A stretch of DNA of 64,000 bases from Octopus bimaculoides. Its lineage: Eukaryota. The notes below the pieces were generated by a model. That model made no database searches. It was not told the DNA's origin and saw only the letters and a list, made by a program, of their open reading frames with translations. Both the position numbers and the translations under genes were made by a program. Shown piece after piece: positions 50,279 to 63,356 of the stretch. The stretch lies in NCBI RefSeq assembly GCF_001194135.2, contig NC_068982.1:139073939-139137938 (forward strand). The letters are read 5' to 3'. Position 1 is the first letter of the stretch, and the number at the start of each line of letters is the position of its first letter.

Positions 50279-50312
50279 TATTATTATTATTATTATTATA
50301 ATAATAATAATG
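50100..50312. repeat. (CAA)/(AAT)n tract with an internal inverted (TTA)n segment
   Basis: Direct read: (AAT)n to about 50277, (TTA)n to about 50298, then (AAT)n. Confidence 0.95.
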
Positions 50313-50954
50313 AAGAAGAAATGCAAAGTGATGTTTTAATCAAAGCAAATAATGTTAACTTCTTACAAGCTGAGAATTAATATTTCGAAAGATATTCTAG
50401 TAATTAAATTTTTTTTGCTATTTTACATTATGTTAAATCTTGATTTATTAATACTTCAATATAACCAATTACGCTGTATGTGATTATGCTTTCATATCTT
50501 CGTAATTAATTTCAGTAAAGATTGATTCTATGTGAAATATGGTAAAGGAGATATAATATTTCTACAATAACTGTGACTAATAGAGAATGAATAATTTGTG
50601 ATGTTTACACCTCACCGTTATGAAGGCAAGACGACACGTTGTATAATGCAGCCCTATATACAATGAGGCTTGAATAACAAAATATGATCGTTATGGCAGG
50701 AAGGATTTTCCATATAGTTTCACGCAGTCAGGGTGGAGCTTTTATTGTGAAGGGTGTCGACGTACTATGCAGGTAATTTTTTACTCAATGATATTACTTT
50801 ATAATATTTTCCCTTGAGGCCTAGTATCTCTAGCATCGGTCACTGGATTTCAATGTTGTATAAGTTAGCGACATCACAACATTGCCTCTGAAATGGATGC
50901 GGGCCCGTTGCAGGGATCAAGGGAAGCAATCTTTGAAAAAAAGGGAGAAAGTCT

Positions 50955-51430
50955 GTTACATCGACCACAGCACCTCTTTGGTACTTTATTCTATGAAGAC
51001 TGAAGGAAAAAAAGGCAAAGTTGACCTTCTTCGGGATTTGAACTCTGAAAGTAAAGCACCAGAAGAAATTCCATTAAGTGCGTTATCCGATGTGTTAACG
51101 ATCTCTCAGCTCGCCGCCTTTTCTTTTAATATGGTGTAGGATAAACGTGGTATCTAGCGACGGAGATTTAGAAAACATATCATGTAAAGAGAATACTATA
51201 AAATATTTATTATACTTTATTGCCGACAAGTGGCTAACCATAGAGGGGACAAACAAGGAGATTAAGCCGATTACAACGACCCAGTGCGGAACACATATTT
51301 ACTTAATCGACCCCGAAAGGATGAAAGGCAAAGTCGGCCTCGGCAGATTTTGAACTCAGAACGTAACAGTAGACGAAATACCGCTAAGAGTTTCGCCCGG
51401 CGTGCTAACGATTGTGCCAGCTCGCCGCCC
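50955..51430 (-). mobile_element. Two SINE family A copies
   Basis: A degenerate copy at 50955-51130 and a well-preserved copy at 51222-51430 ending ctcgccgcc. Confidence 0.85.
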
Positions 51431-51692
51431 TTAATACTATTAGATATTATGCAGAAAAGTAGCACAACCTTCTATTCAGTGACAATAAATTTAATTAAAA
51501 CAGTTTTTCGTTATCAATTTCAATCTCAAATTTTGACATCCTACTAACTTTGCATGAAGAAAGAAATGAATAAATTATGAAGCAAAAGCAATCTCAATAA
51601 CAACGATAATAATTCTTTCATTTCTTTGTGACTCTGGCTGATCCATGCATACAAAGTGTGTTAGGCCACCAACCTCGTCTTTATGAAGGCTC

Positions 51693-52258
51693 CATCTTTT
51701 CAAAGTGTCTGATACAGATCCCACCATTCATGCGCATGTACAAATTAGCTGCATCACACTTCTTTAATCAAACTGAGCAGCTTTTCGATTCCTCTTTGGA
51801 CTACGGCGACGTTGACTCCTTCTGTGGGAGTAAATTCGTTAATAGGTTCAGCTGTTGTAGACAACAAAAAAAAAAACGTAGAAAAATGAAAGTCTTTTCG
51901 TAGGACTGAGAGAAGAGGATGTTTATTGTAGTACTGCTGTAAACAGGTTTCGTATAGGAGAGACCTAATCAGAAGTCATGTTATAGGGCTGGCGTAGAGT
52001 GCAGAATATCCTGTCATCAATCATGATTATCGATCTCTGTGTTTTTTCTGTTTTTTTCTAGCTACTACCTACCCTATGTAAGTAGCAGCTAAAAACCCTT
52101 AATCTTTTCAAAGTGTCTGATACAGATCCCACCATCCACGTGCATGTACAAACCATCTGCATCACACTTCTTTCAGGTTCTGCATCAAACTGGACAACGT
52201 TTCGATTCCTCTTTGGACTACCACAACGTTGACTCCCTCCGTGGGGATAAGTTCCTTA
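51693..52258 (-). repeat. Local duplication of a ~150-bp unit (51693-51840 and 52102-52258), probably an RTE 3' remnant
   Basis: Shared atctttt(t)caaagtgtctgatacagatcccaccat...ttcgattcctctttggactac...gttgactcc. The minus-strand translation RGIETLSSLMQ...RWFVH resembles the RTE RLRWFGHV region. Confidence 0.75.
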
Positions 52259-53781
52259 TTTAGAGTGAGGATTCATTTTTGTCTTTCTTTCAACCACCTT
52301 TGGCAGCTTAGTATCCTTATCCAATCTCTGTCCCATGTCTGTCTTTGCAGAATAATAAAAGGCAAGAAAGAATGGACGTTAAGTCTGGAGTAGCATGACC
52401 TGCTAGCCGAAGCTCTTGTAAACATAATAATTCTAGTGAAATACATTCACTGATTTCAAATTTAGAAATAATACAGATCATGCTACTGCAGACTGATGAC
52501 GAGCAAAGACTCAGAAACTTATTTCTGGATGCAGGCTTAGCTGGGTGGAGGTGCTTATCTCCCCCTTGTAAACATAAGGACACAGGAAATGTGTCAAGAC
52601 CGACAGAAAGCGGTGCAGCTTGCTAGATCTAACCAACAGTATTATTTTTTCCCTTCAGGGTACTGTCATATTAAGTTGACAGCATAGAAGTACTTCAAGT
52701 AGCAATTACTCTGAATGTTTATATTTGATACCATTATACTTTCGGCAAGTATTCACTATTACACTCCCAAGTAAACCAAAGTTTTAAGAGAGAAAAGATG
52801 ATAGAAGTTGAGAAAATCAATGGGGAAGGTTGCTTGCTGCATTGTGATACAGAGGTAAAAGTAGTAAAGTACAGTAAAGACAAAGATTTTTATAATACAG
52901 AGAATAAATAAAGTTAATAATCTTTATATATTTCAGGCACACAGTCTTTTGATCAGAAGTAAACAGTGAAGAAATATAAGCTTATTCATAGACTGGACCT
53001 GCAGAATAGTATTGGTGTCTGAATAGACTGACATCTCTTGTCTTTATTTTTCATGATCACACATCGTGCCTGACATATATAAAAATTATTAAATCTATTC
53101 TTTTTCCCCAGACAAAGAAGCTCTTCGTGAGTACTTATTTTACTATTGTAAGAGCCTTATATGTGATATACCTCCTGTTTTTTTTTCTAAGTATAATTGC
53201 TTATCAAATCTGACATATCACATGTCGTTTCAGTATATTTAGAATGCCACTCTTCCTTACAAACATATGTAAGTAAAGGTCTGGTGTCTCGGCGTAGTTT
53301 TCCTTCACGAATCTGTATGTCAAACATGGAATAAACTCTCATATATGTCGCATTTATTATTATGTCCAAGCGGAACAGATATACTTCGCACACTTCCACT
53401 TACATTCATGTTTCAACCACAATCACTTGCGTTCTATTTATTCTTAAACAGTGTAATCCTCCAAAACTCTTTCCTTAAGGCGACACCAGAGAGATACAAA
53501 AAGTAAATTAAGATGTGTGAATGTAAACATATATATAGCACAATAAATAGGCGAGAATAAATTGCCATTCTTAAACTAACGACAGCACTCATATTTTTGA
53601 TGCTTACAACATATATACAAATCAGCAGTGAACTTTAGGACAACGTTGTATATTGACCGCTTGATATTATTCATACAACAATATGAATGATATATTGCAA
53701 AGAAATTGATTTGTAATGACACGGTATTTGGATGCAAATTACTTCTGAGAGTGATTGAAGCAAATATAAATAAATAAATAA

Positions 53782-53824
<43 letters not shown>

Positions 53825-54203
53825 GCATGTGTGCGTGTGTGTGTATGTATGCGTGCATATGTACATATGCATCTATCTGTGTCCGCAAGTATGTATGTAT
53901 ACTTATATAACTAGCATTTCCAAATTAAATTCCAATCCGAACACAATCTCCACCGACGTAACAGACATATGAAGACAAGAAATAGGTAATCACTTTGCAA
54001 AACATATTCCCTTTTAAAATCCAATTAAAATCCATTTTTATGAATAACATTTTATTAAAATTTCTGTACAGATGTATTTCTGCTTATATATGTATCCTTG
54101 TAGGAAGCATATGTATGTATCGGTAATATACAATCTTGGAACAAGACTACGTACTAGCAACACATATATATTTAATATATACATATATTGCTGCTCTGGC
54201 GGC

Positions 54204-54259
<56 letters not shown>

Positions 54260-55099
54260 ACATACATACACATGTATGTATATATATATGCATACATATA
54301 NNNNNNNNNNNNNNNNNNNNNNNNNNNNNNNNNNNNNNNNNNNNNNNNNNNNNNNNNNNNNNNNNNNNNNNNNNNNNNNNNNNNNNNNNNNNNNNNNNNN
54401 NNNNNNNNNNNNNNNNNNNNNNNNNNNNNNNNNNNNNNNNNNNNNNNNNNNNNNNNNNNNNNNNNNNNNNTATATATATACATATATACATATATATATG
54501 TATGAAAGCTTGTATCTATCTCTCGATCAATCCCTCTATCTAACTCTCTCTCTCCCTGTAAAATCTCTAAGCTTGCAATAGTTTACGTAAGGTTTTAGCC
54601 ATATGAGAATTTAATTATTTATCTGCTTCCCGCTAAATCCAATATAAATATAAATATGTCACGATAGCAATATTACATAAAACATAGCCCAACTCGTTAT
54701 ATAACTATTTAGATGTTAGCAAAATTATATATTTATCCCCAACATGATAAAATTGGGAACGATATCAGTTTGCCTTCGCTCTATAATTATTAAAATTTGT
54801 TCTGACCATTCTGGCAATGAATGAGCTTAACTAACGAACTTATGATATCCCTTAGGTAGTTACATATATATAATCCATATCTATAATATCCGAAAAGATT
54901 ATTATCAATTTTACCCAACAGTAGCTGGAAGAACACATTAATGAGCATCATTTTACTTTGATAGAAAGATAAATAAAACATCGGTAAACTATATATGCTC
55001 GTGTGATGTCCTTTAAGTGTATGAAGTACACTTGGTTAGCAACAAATTTACTTAACACAATAATATTTGATTTCTTCAAGGAAATCATTTCCCAGAGGC

Positions 55100-55290
55100 T
55101 TTTAAATGCTGTGACCATGGCTGTATGAATAGAGGGTTCGCTTTCCAGCCCTTTGTTTCCGGATTCAATCCCACAGCGCAGTAAATTCTGCAGATGTCTT
55201 CTAATATGACAATGCACCGAGTAAAGCATTGCGAGTGAATTTGGTTGAGAGAAACCGTGTGAAAGCCCGTCGTATATATTTATATATACA
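55100..55290 (+). mobile_element. SINE family B, 5' half, degenerate
   Basis: ggattcaatcccacagcgcag...gcagatgtcttctaatat...gaaaccgtgtgaaagcccgtcgtatat. Confidence 0.7.
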
Positions 55291-55619
55291 CACACACTCA
55301 CTCACACACATACACACACATACGTATATATATATATATATATATATATCTATATATATATATATATATATANNNNNNNNNNNNNNNNNNNNNNNNNNNN
55401 NNNNNNNNNNNNNNNNNNNNNNNNNNNNNNNNNNNNNNNNNNNNNNNNNNNNNNNNNNNNNNNNNNNNNNNNNNNNNNNNNNNNNNNNNNNNNNNNNNNN
55501 NNNNNNNNNNNNNNNNNNNNNNNNNNNNNNNNNNNNNNNNNNNNNNNNNNNNNNNNNATATACACATACACATATATATGTATGCTATCATGTATGTGTG
55601 TATATATGTATGTATGCAT

Positions 55620-56026
55620 GCATGTATTTTATTGTTTAGGTTTATTTCAAGATTTCTTGCCTAAATTCAAGGCTCTTTCATTGGGATTTCAACATCAACA
55701 ACAAGGTATTTTTGTTTGTATGTATGGTATGTATATGTGCAGATTTGTATGTAGTGCTTTATGCATCTATTCTCATGCATATAGTTGCATATCTAGACAT
55801 GCTCATATATTATTAAACGATAAATGTCTGGAAAGTTTTACAGATTTTTACAGTTCCAGTGATGGATTGGATCTGTAGTCTTCGAATTAGCGTTCTCCTT
55901 TCTGGTTTTGAGAAGCCCAATTTCTCAAGATTGGTATTTAGACAGTGTATTGCATATCGCAGTGCACCAATAATTACAGGCATAGACCTGAACTTGTAAT
56001 CTGGATAGAGTAACTACAGATTTCTA
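55620..56026 (-). mobile_element. RLE LINE 3' end (copy 2) ending in (CATA)n
   Basis: Aligns along its length with 60200-60650; encodes the YKFRSMPVIIGAL-type RLE C-terminus. Confidence 0.8.
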
Positions 56027-56039
56027 GATTTTGTATCCC

Positions 56040-56215
56040 TTTATTTGCTCCTACGGTTTGGCAACCGGTGATAGTATGTTTACTCTCTCGTAACTTAGCT
56101 GTTCACAAAAAAACCGGAGTTAACATAAAAAAAAAAAAGATTTTCTGGGGGTCGATTATTTCGAACAAACCGTTGAAAGCAAAGCTTCAGACTGACCCGA
56201 GTACAATGACTGGGA
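56040..56215 (+). mobile_element. SINE family B, 3' fragment
   Basis: gcaaccggtgatagtatgtttac..cgtaacttagc...ggggtcgattatttcg. Confidence 0.6.
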
Positions 56216-56884
56216 TAACGCGTAAAATATGCAACACCTTCTGCCACCAGAAACATTTGTTGTAGCAGTTTAAACAAAGTATTTTGCTTGTGTTTTTAAT
56301 TCAAAGGACACAGCTTTCATTATTAGAAATATTATTCAATAAATATAAAATAAAGTAAAACTACAATAAAATTTGTAATATCAATCTACTAAACTGATAT
56401 GAAACGTGCTCATTTCTTAAAGAATGAAATAATGTAAATATTTATATGCTAAATATTTTAGACTCAGGTATGTTATTAATTTCGTGTAAAAGGGGATTTT
56501 TATATATAATCATTAAGCTTAGGGCAAATGTATTTTCGTGGTGCATGATTGTGCTAGATAGAGACGGTTGCACGGTGAGCTTCGGGCAGGTTTTCTTACT
56601 TTCATTAAGACGGAATAAAATTTTATATATTGTTTGCAATATTAAAAATATTGATTAATCATTAATTAAAGAGGTATTAATGATAAGAGACAGAAGAATG
56701 ATCAAGAGAAACAAAGGAGAAAAATAAAATACCTTAAAGCAAACAAAGAAACACATAGAGAAAAGCAAGCGCATCGAATGACATTGATTCTGTTTATTAG
56801 GGACTTGTTTTATTGTAAAATCAGAAACGATATAGCGATGGACCAAGTGTATGTATGTATAATTCTATGTATGTATGTCATTAT

Positions 56885-56979
56885 TTTATTCTTTTACTTA
56901 TTTCAGTCATGGATTGCAGCATGCTGGAGCACCACCTTTAGTCGAGCAAATCGACCCCAAGACTTATTCATTGTATGCC

Positions 56980-56980
<1 letters not shown>
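56885..56980 (-). mobile_element. SINE family B, 3' fragment
   Basis: tttcagtcatggattgcagcatgctggagcaccacctttagtcgagcaaatcgacccc. Confidence 0.85.
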
Positions 56981-57037
<57 letters not shown>

Positions 57038-57975
57038 AATAATAATTCTTATCATCATCATCATCCTTCATTGTTAGTTGATGGTAGATTTTTTGTGCTG
57101 CTTTAATTCTGCTTTCCATCGAACCAGAAAGTGTAATCTACGACGAAGTGCATTTCGTACCTCCTATATGAAATTTTTATTTCCGTCTTCTTAATCTTTC
57201 TTAGTTTTGATTGAGACCTTTATGCGGATCCTTCTCGGGGAACCTAGTAAAAAGAATAAAAAATATCACAGTTCTGCAACTATAACCACTTTAAGATCAA
57301 GCTTTTCAACCCTGGGCCACCATAATTAAATGCAGTATTACTACTTTGTTAACCTTTCTGTTCAAGATCATGATCACCTCAGACTTCAATTCCATATAAT
57401 AATCTATATTTCCTTTTCTGTTTCCCATAATACTCGCTATCAATTGGCCATGTCACGTCGATTGTAGCCTTAGACTATTCCTCTTGTCCACCATAACAAT
57501 ATTCTTACACTTATTACACCCTTAAGGAATGTTTCTTCATTTCTTTTTTCGAGATAGAAACCTACATATGTCTTCCGTGCTTCTATTTCCTCTTTAAAAC
57601 TTAATAACCATCTTCATACTTCTGCTCTTTTTCAGTATAAATGGCCTATATCTGATTAGGATAAGCACGCTTCTGTGTATTGTAAGCTGTTTTCTCCATT
57701 TTCCTGTTGATATCCATCAGCTTATTCTTGCTCCGCTCTGTAATTCCTGCTCCATAGCTGGAATTGATTGTTTGCAGGATGCAAGTACACGCACACAAAA
57801 CAGAGGCGAGCGCGCACACAAAGATACAGCCACAGCCACAGACACAAACAGATACACACATGCACACACTGACACACAAAGACACACATACATACACACA
57901 CGCTCAAACACATACACATACATAAATATCTATATATATCAAACTATCTAATTCGCTGTCTCCCTCCCTATATAT

Positions 57976-58032
<57 letters not shown>

Positions 58033-58038
58033 GTTATA

Positions 58039-58072
<34 letters not shown>

Positions 58073-58175
58073 TGTGTATGTATGTATGTGGCATATAACA
58101 TAAATGTGCTTACACACACACGCGCACGGTCACACAAACACGCACACACACACACACACACACACGCGCGCACGG

Positions 58176-58214
<39 letters not shown>

Positions 58215-60199
58215 TATATATATATACATTCGTGTTATATGTCAAATAAAATCCATTTGGTCTGAATAGCATCAAATTAGTTTTCTTGTCTTCTTCATCT
58301 TGTTGTTCTTCTGTGTTTTCTTTTTTCTCTTCCTCAATCTCCTGCTGGTCTTCATTCTTGCACTTTTCTTTTCTTTTTTATATAATTACATCAGCACTAA
58401 GACACATGATAATTTTTGAACACTTCAGCATTGAAACACAGAAATATTTTCCCCGTATTTATTCTGTATTCCATTTAATCTATACCAGCTCCTGCAAGTT
58501 AGCTCCCTTCTAAATCGAATTACTTGGTTTTCTAATCTTTCGTTGGAAGAATTATCATAATGCTTTCACTGAATGAATACATTAGGGAATGGTGAATAAA
58601 GAATTATTATATTCTGAGTTGTCAAAAACTGGCATATAACTTTGACGTAGATGTCAGGTGGAATTTCAGTACAATTCATCTGGCTTTAACAGAAAAGGAA
58701 AGCAAAAAATTAGAACCAGTTACGCTATAGAGTGAAAAGACATTTATGAATAATTCGAAATTGTTATCATCGATATTTTTTCTTTGCGGACGAAGAGAAA
58801 GCTCGTGAAAATTAAATTGTAAAGAAGAGACTCTATTAAAGGTGATAAATTGTTTATTTGATTTTTCAAATCTCGTATTTCACTGGCAAAGTAATTTCAT
58901 TCAATTTCTAAATAGTTTACGTTACCTCATAATCTCCGTAGAACAAGAACTACGCTTTAAGTGAATTGAATTCTTAACACCGTTTTCATTTCTGGTTAAA
59001 TCTTTTTAATTAAATTAAATGTATATATTTTGCTTTTAGCTTTCGGAAAATCATGCAAATTCTCAAGAATAATATTTCGGATATATCTGGCGTGTTATGC
59101 TGAGTGAAGAAAACTTAGTTATGCTATTTCAGAGACATATTCTATTGCTTGTTCTAGAGAAAAAACATGGCATTTAACCCATTCAAGGGATCTTGAAGAT
59201 TGATGGGAGTGAGCGAATGGGTTGTCCTCAAACGGGAGAGCTTACCGGAATAATTACAACAAGGCAGTCTCACTAAATTTACTCAACATACCGAGTTATG
59301 CTCTTAAGCAGAGCGATAAATTTAGTAGACTATCCTAGTAGGTAACGCTGAGGTTTGAACTCAGAACCATTATCGCATAATACTTTGACCGTCACTCTGA
59401 CAATTCTCTCAATTCACCATGTGATTCTACTATTTTATTGATCGATCCCGAATGGATAAATTATAAACTTGGCCACTGTATGGTTTGAAACCGGAACGCA
59501 AAGACACTAACATTTCTCCACATTAAAATAGAGAGCTCCAGGCGAAACGAGATAACATCTCATCTTGGTCATTTTTCATGATACATGTTCATTCCTTATA
59601 CCTGTATCATTAAAAGGAGCTTCACGATTGTCACTTCATGCCACTCAGCTGGATCTACAGTGGACACGATCATTTTGGTCATGTACTGTCGGCTCTGTTC
59701 CAATTGCACTTGTAACCACGTAGCCACGAGTGGTGTGTAGAAGAGCGTTAGGAACAGAGATTAATCACTTAAGATTCAATTCAAGAATGTCGTACTGATA
59801 GATTCTCGATATTTTACTTTCGTTTTTACATTTCAGGTTTTCATTCCACTACACCATTAATTCATTACGTCGCCAGCTAGTTTACACATACAGTGCATTA
59901 ACGTCTTTAATTTTAACCCATCCTGTGGGGTTTCTGAATCTTTACTCTCTCTCTCTCTCTCTCTCCCTCTCTCTCTCTCTTTCTCTCTCCCTCTCTCTCT
60001 CTGCGTTACGCACCATTAACGCAACGATTATCTACATAAAAGGATAAGCTTCCGACAACGATGCGTTTCATCGTTGTAGAAATAAAGCTCTATAGTTAAG
60101 CAGCAAATTTGTTTTGTTCCATATTGACAAACAAATATGAAGCTTATTTTTCAAACGTTATATATATATACGTGTATGTGTGTGCGTGTACGCGCATGT

Positions 60200-60835
60200 G
60201 TATATGTATGTATGTTATTGTTCAGTTATATTTCAAGATTTCTCACCAATAGAGAAAGAGCCGGTTTCTAATATAGATTCAAGGCTCCCTCGTTGGGATT
60301 TCAACATCAACAACAGGGCACTTTTGTTTGTATGTAAATGTGCAGATTTCTATGTTTTGCTGCACATATGTATTCTCATGCTTATAGTTGCATATCTAGA
60401 CATGCTCATATATATTTAAATGATAAACTTCTGGAAAGGTTTACAGATTTTTACAGTTCCAGGGATGGATTGGATCTGTAGCCTTCAACTTAGATTTCTC
60501 CTTTCTGGTTTTGAGAAGCCTAATTTCTCAAGATTGGTATCTAGGCAGTTTGTTACATATCCCAGTGCCCAATAATTACAGGTATAAACCTGAACTTATA
60601 ATCAGGATAGAGTAACAGCAGATTTCTCAGTAGTTCAGCATAGGTGTTCGCTTTTTCACTGACCTTCAGCTTTATGTTAACATCCGATGGGCAACTAATT
60701 TCCACAACTGTGCACAGTTTCTTTTCTCTATCCCAAATCATTATATCAAGTCTGTTGTCCTTACATTTTATTGAGGTCTTCACTGGTACATTCCACCAGT
60801 ATTCCTTTCTATTGTTTACGTTTACGGATTTCATT
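60200..60835 (-). mobile_element. RLE non-LTR retrotransposon 3' end (R4/Dong-like or related clade) within (CATA)n
   Basis: EYWWNVPVKTSIKCKDNRLDIMIWDREKKLCTVVEISCPSDVNIKLKVSEKANTYAELL..YPDYKFRFIPVIIG is a PD-(D/E)xK-type RLE with one P-to-L change. (TATG)n occurs at both junctions. Confidence 0.85.
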
Positions 60836-60899
60836 ATATGTATGTATGTATATATGTATGTGTGTGTATATATGTATGGTAAGCTAAGGAGTTGCTAGC

Positions 60900-61320
60900 A
60901 CTTGCCTAAGATGCCACCCCTATCTACGGACGGAAGGGTCAGCTAACTTTTCCTTTTACTGTCTACCTTTGATATGGGTGGCATACCCTGTATTGGTAGC
61001 ATGGCATTGGATAACCGAAAAGATGGAGGAGTCCTAGAGCCACAGCTTCAAGTTTATTTGGACCAAGTGGAAGATCTGTACAATTTGACTAAGGTTTGGC
61101 ATGAATGAAAAGTGACCTACTATTGTCACGTACCCTCATTATTGACCATGCGCAGACGCTCATTCCACATGATGTTTAACATAGAGGCCCAGAGAAGCAG
61201 TCTAATGATGAGGGCGGGGAGTCAAGACATCAACCGTCTTGCCACGGTATCTAAATGGGTATTGCTCAGAGATGTCAGAATCGAACAGTCAACATCGACT
61301 TACGACATAGAGACGACGAA
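60900..61320 (+). mobile_element. Possible degenerate RTE 3' fragment
   Basis: Weak: KVWHE*KVT...HVPSLLTMRRRS resembles W.DKVTN..LPS...RRRR. Confidence 0.3.
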
Positions 61321-61504
61321 AAAAGAATATATATGTGTGTGTGTGTATTGATAGAAACACAACACGGCGTTATGAAAATGACAATGGAAACTTACATGGA
61401 CATATCTTTAGTCGCTGTGAATTGTAAGTATTTTGATCAGGTCATAGTATTCTGCTTGTTTTTGTGTTACCAGTAGTGAACATTGAACTTATGATTTTCT
61501 TATT

Positions 61505-61980
61505 TCTTAATTGCCCACAAGGGGCTAAACATAGAGGGGACAAACAAGGACAGACAAAGGGATTAAGTCGATCACATCGACCCCACTACGTAACTGGAAC
61601 TTAATTTATTGACCCCGAAAGGATGAAAAGCAAAGTCGACCTCGGCAGAATTTGAACTAAGAACGTAACGGCATACGAAATACCTATTTCGTTATTGCCC
61701 ACAAGGGGCTAAACATAGAGGGAACAAGCAAGAACAGACGAACGGATTAAGTCGATTACATCGACCCCAGTGCGTAACTGGTACTTAATCTATCGACCCC
61801 GAAAGGATGAAAGGCAAAGTCGACCTCGGCGGAATTTGAACTCNNNNNNNNNNTATTGACCCCGAAAGGATGAAAAGCAAAGTCGACCTCGGCAGAATTT
61901 GAACTAAGAACGTAACGGCATACGAAATACCGCTAAGCATTTCACCTGGCGTGCTAACGTTTCTGCCACCTCGCCGCCTT
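61505..61980 (-). mobile_element. Tandem array of at least 3 young SINE family A units
   Basis: Near-identical repeats of gacccc gaaaggatgaaa(a/g)gcaaagtcgacctcggc(a/g)gaatttgaact. Contains a 9-N scaffold join at 61844-61852. Confidence 0.9.
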
Positions 61981-63271
61981 TTAAACTTGAACTTATGATT
62001 TTCTGTTTACATTTAATCAATATCTAAAATTCTTGACTCGTTTTCCCGACTACAGAAACTTCAACTTCATAGAATTACAACAGTAGCATATATTATTTAT
62101 TCCTTATAAGAAGTCGGAAAAAATTACTGTCCTAAATTGTATATCCTTACGATCTTTGTCAACAAGAATTAATTTATGAATATATACACTCTACATTATT
62201 GGGGTTAAAAGAGGTGTAAATAAAACGGACAGTCGTGTCTAAAAAGCGCACATTTTTTTTATCTCAACCGTGAAATATCAATATTGTGGTTATGTACATA
62301 TTATTTTTTCTGTCTGTGATCAAAAATAAACTGTGTAGTATATGTTGTATTAAGCTACTTGTTGCTGTGTAGTCACAAAATTTATTATCACTTTTTTTTC
62401 TGATGACAGCGCAATAAAAGCTGGAACATTATATATATATACATCCATTTTTCATGTTAAGGAGAGAAATGAAAGATGAAACATGTAGTTTAACAGATAT
62501 ATTTTATTTTTAAAGAGCGGATAAAACGTACGTTTTCTTCAGACACATGCATATGAGATCAATTTACATTCCTATTTATCATAACTTCATGTAATTCTAA
62601 TATTACTACGTTAACTTGTGTTGCCAGCGATTGCAGATTTTTATGCAGAATACGATCGACGAATTTAGTTTTTAACCACATTTTATATACTCTGAAAAGC
62701 AATAAGCTATTACCTACGTTGAGGTCCCGCATGAAGTAATAATTAGCGTGGGAAGTAGTCAAATGCAAGCCTCACTTCTGAAAAGTGGTCTAAAAAGTCA
62801 ATAAGCAGTTTTCCTAAGCAACGAGGTTAAGTATATGTGATCACTACAATCGCATTCCTATATCGATATCTATCCGTATCAGACGCTATATATTGTATGA
62901 AATGAAAAGGGAATCTTCATAAATGGAAGCGTCGGCAAATATTCGTTCCTTCTATGAAAATGAAGCTTTAAGTTTCCAACGATGATGTGGCCTGTTTCAC
63001 TCGCGAAACTTTTCCCTCGTACATTGCCCTTGACGTGTAATTTCTGTCAATACTGAACTTCTGAAACCGTTGTTGAAGAAAATGTGATGCAACCTGCACA
63101 AAATTAGAAACAACAGTTAAATTCAAATCACACTTCGATCATAAAAGAGTCTGATTTAAGAAAAGTGCCTAAACTTGATCAGTCGATCTCTATCATCTGT
63201 CTTTTCAGTACTGCCCTCTACAGGTTATTGAAGAGTAAACTTACAAGAAAACATTTCCTCCTTAGACTCAC

Positions 63272-63356
63272 CACAAGTGAATGAAACTGTGTCCTCTATA
63301 ACCCTGCCCACGAAGATAACAAGGGTTAGCAACCAGTAAAAAAGTATAACCCGTCC
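63272..63356 (-). CDS. Candidate coding exon 1 of the unidentified minus-strand gene (GRVILFYWLLTLVIFVGRVIEDTVSFTC-G)
   Basis: Consensus donor TGTG|gtgagt, acceptor ccggtttag, phase 0 to 1. G plus GT of the 19882 exon gives a Gly codon. The hydrophobic stretch suggests a signal peptide or transmembrane helix. Confidence 0.45.

Noticed and set aside
52492-52520. CTGATGA-c-GAG..CTC-a-GAAA hammerhead-like string
   Set aside because: Extra bases on both sides of stem II and no stem I or helix III.
22222-55639. All long X-containing ORFs in the track
   Set aside because: Artefacts of N gaps flanked by dinucleotide repeats.
57380-57780. Minus-strand ORF 57646-57897
   Set aside because: Starts in (TG)n; the remainder is at most a weak RTE-like relic.
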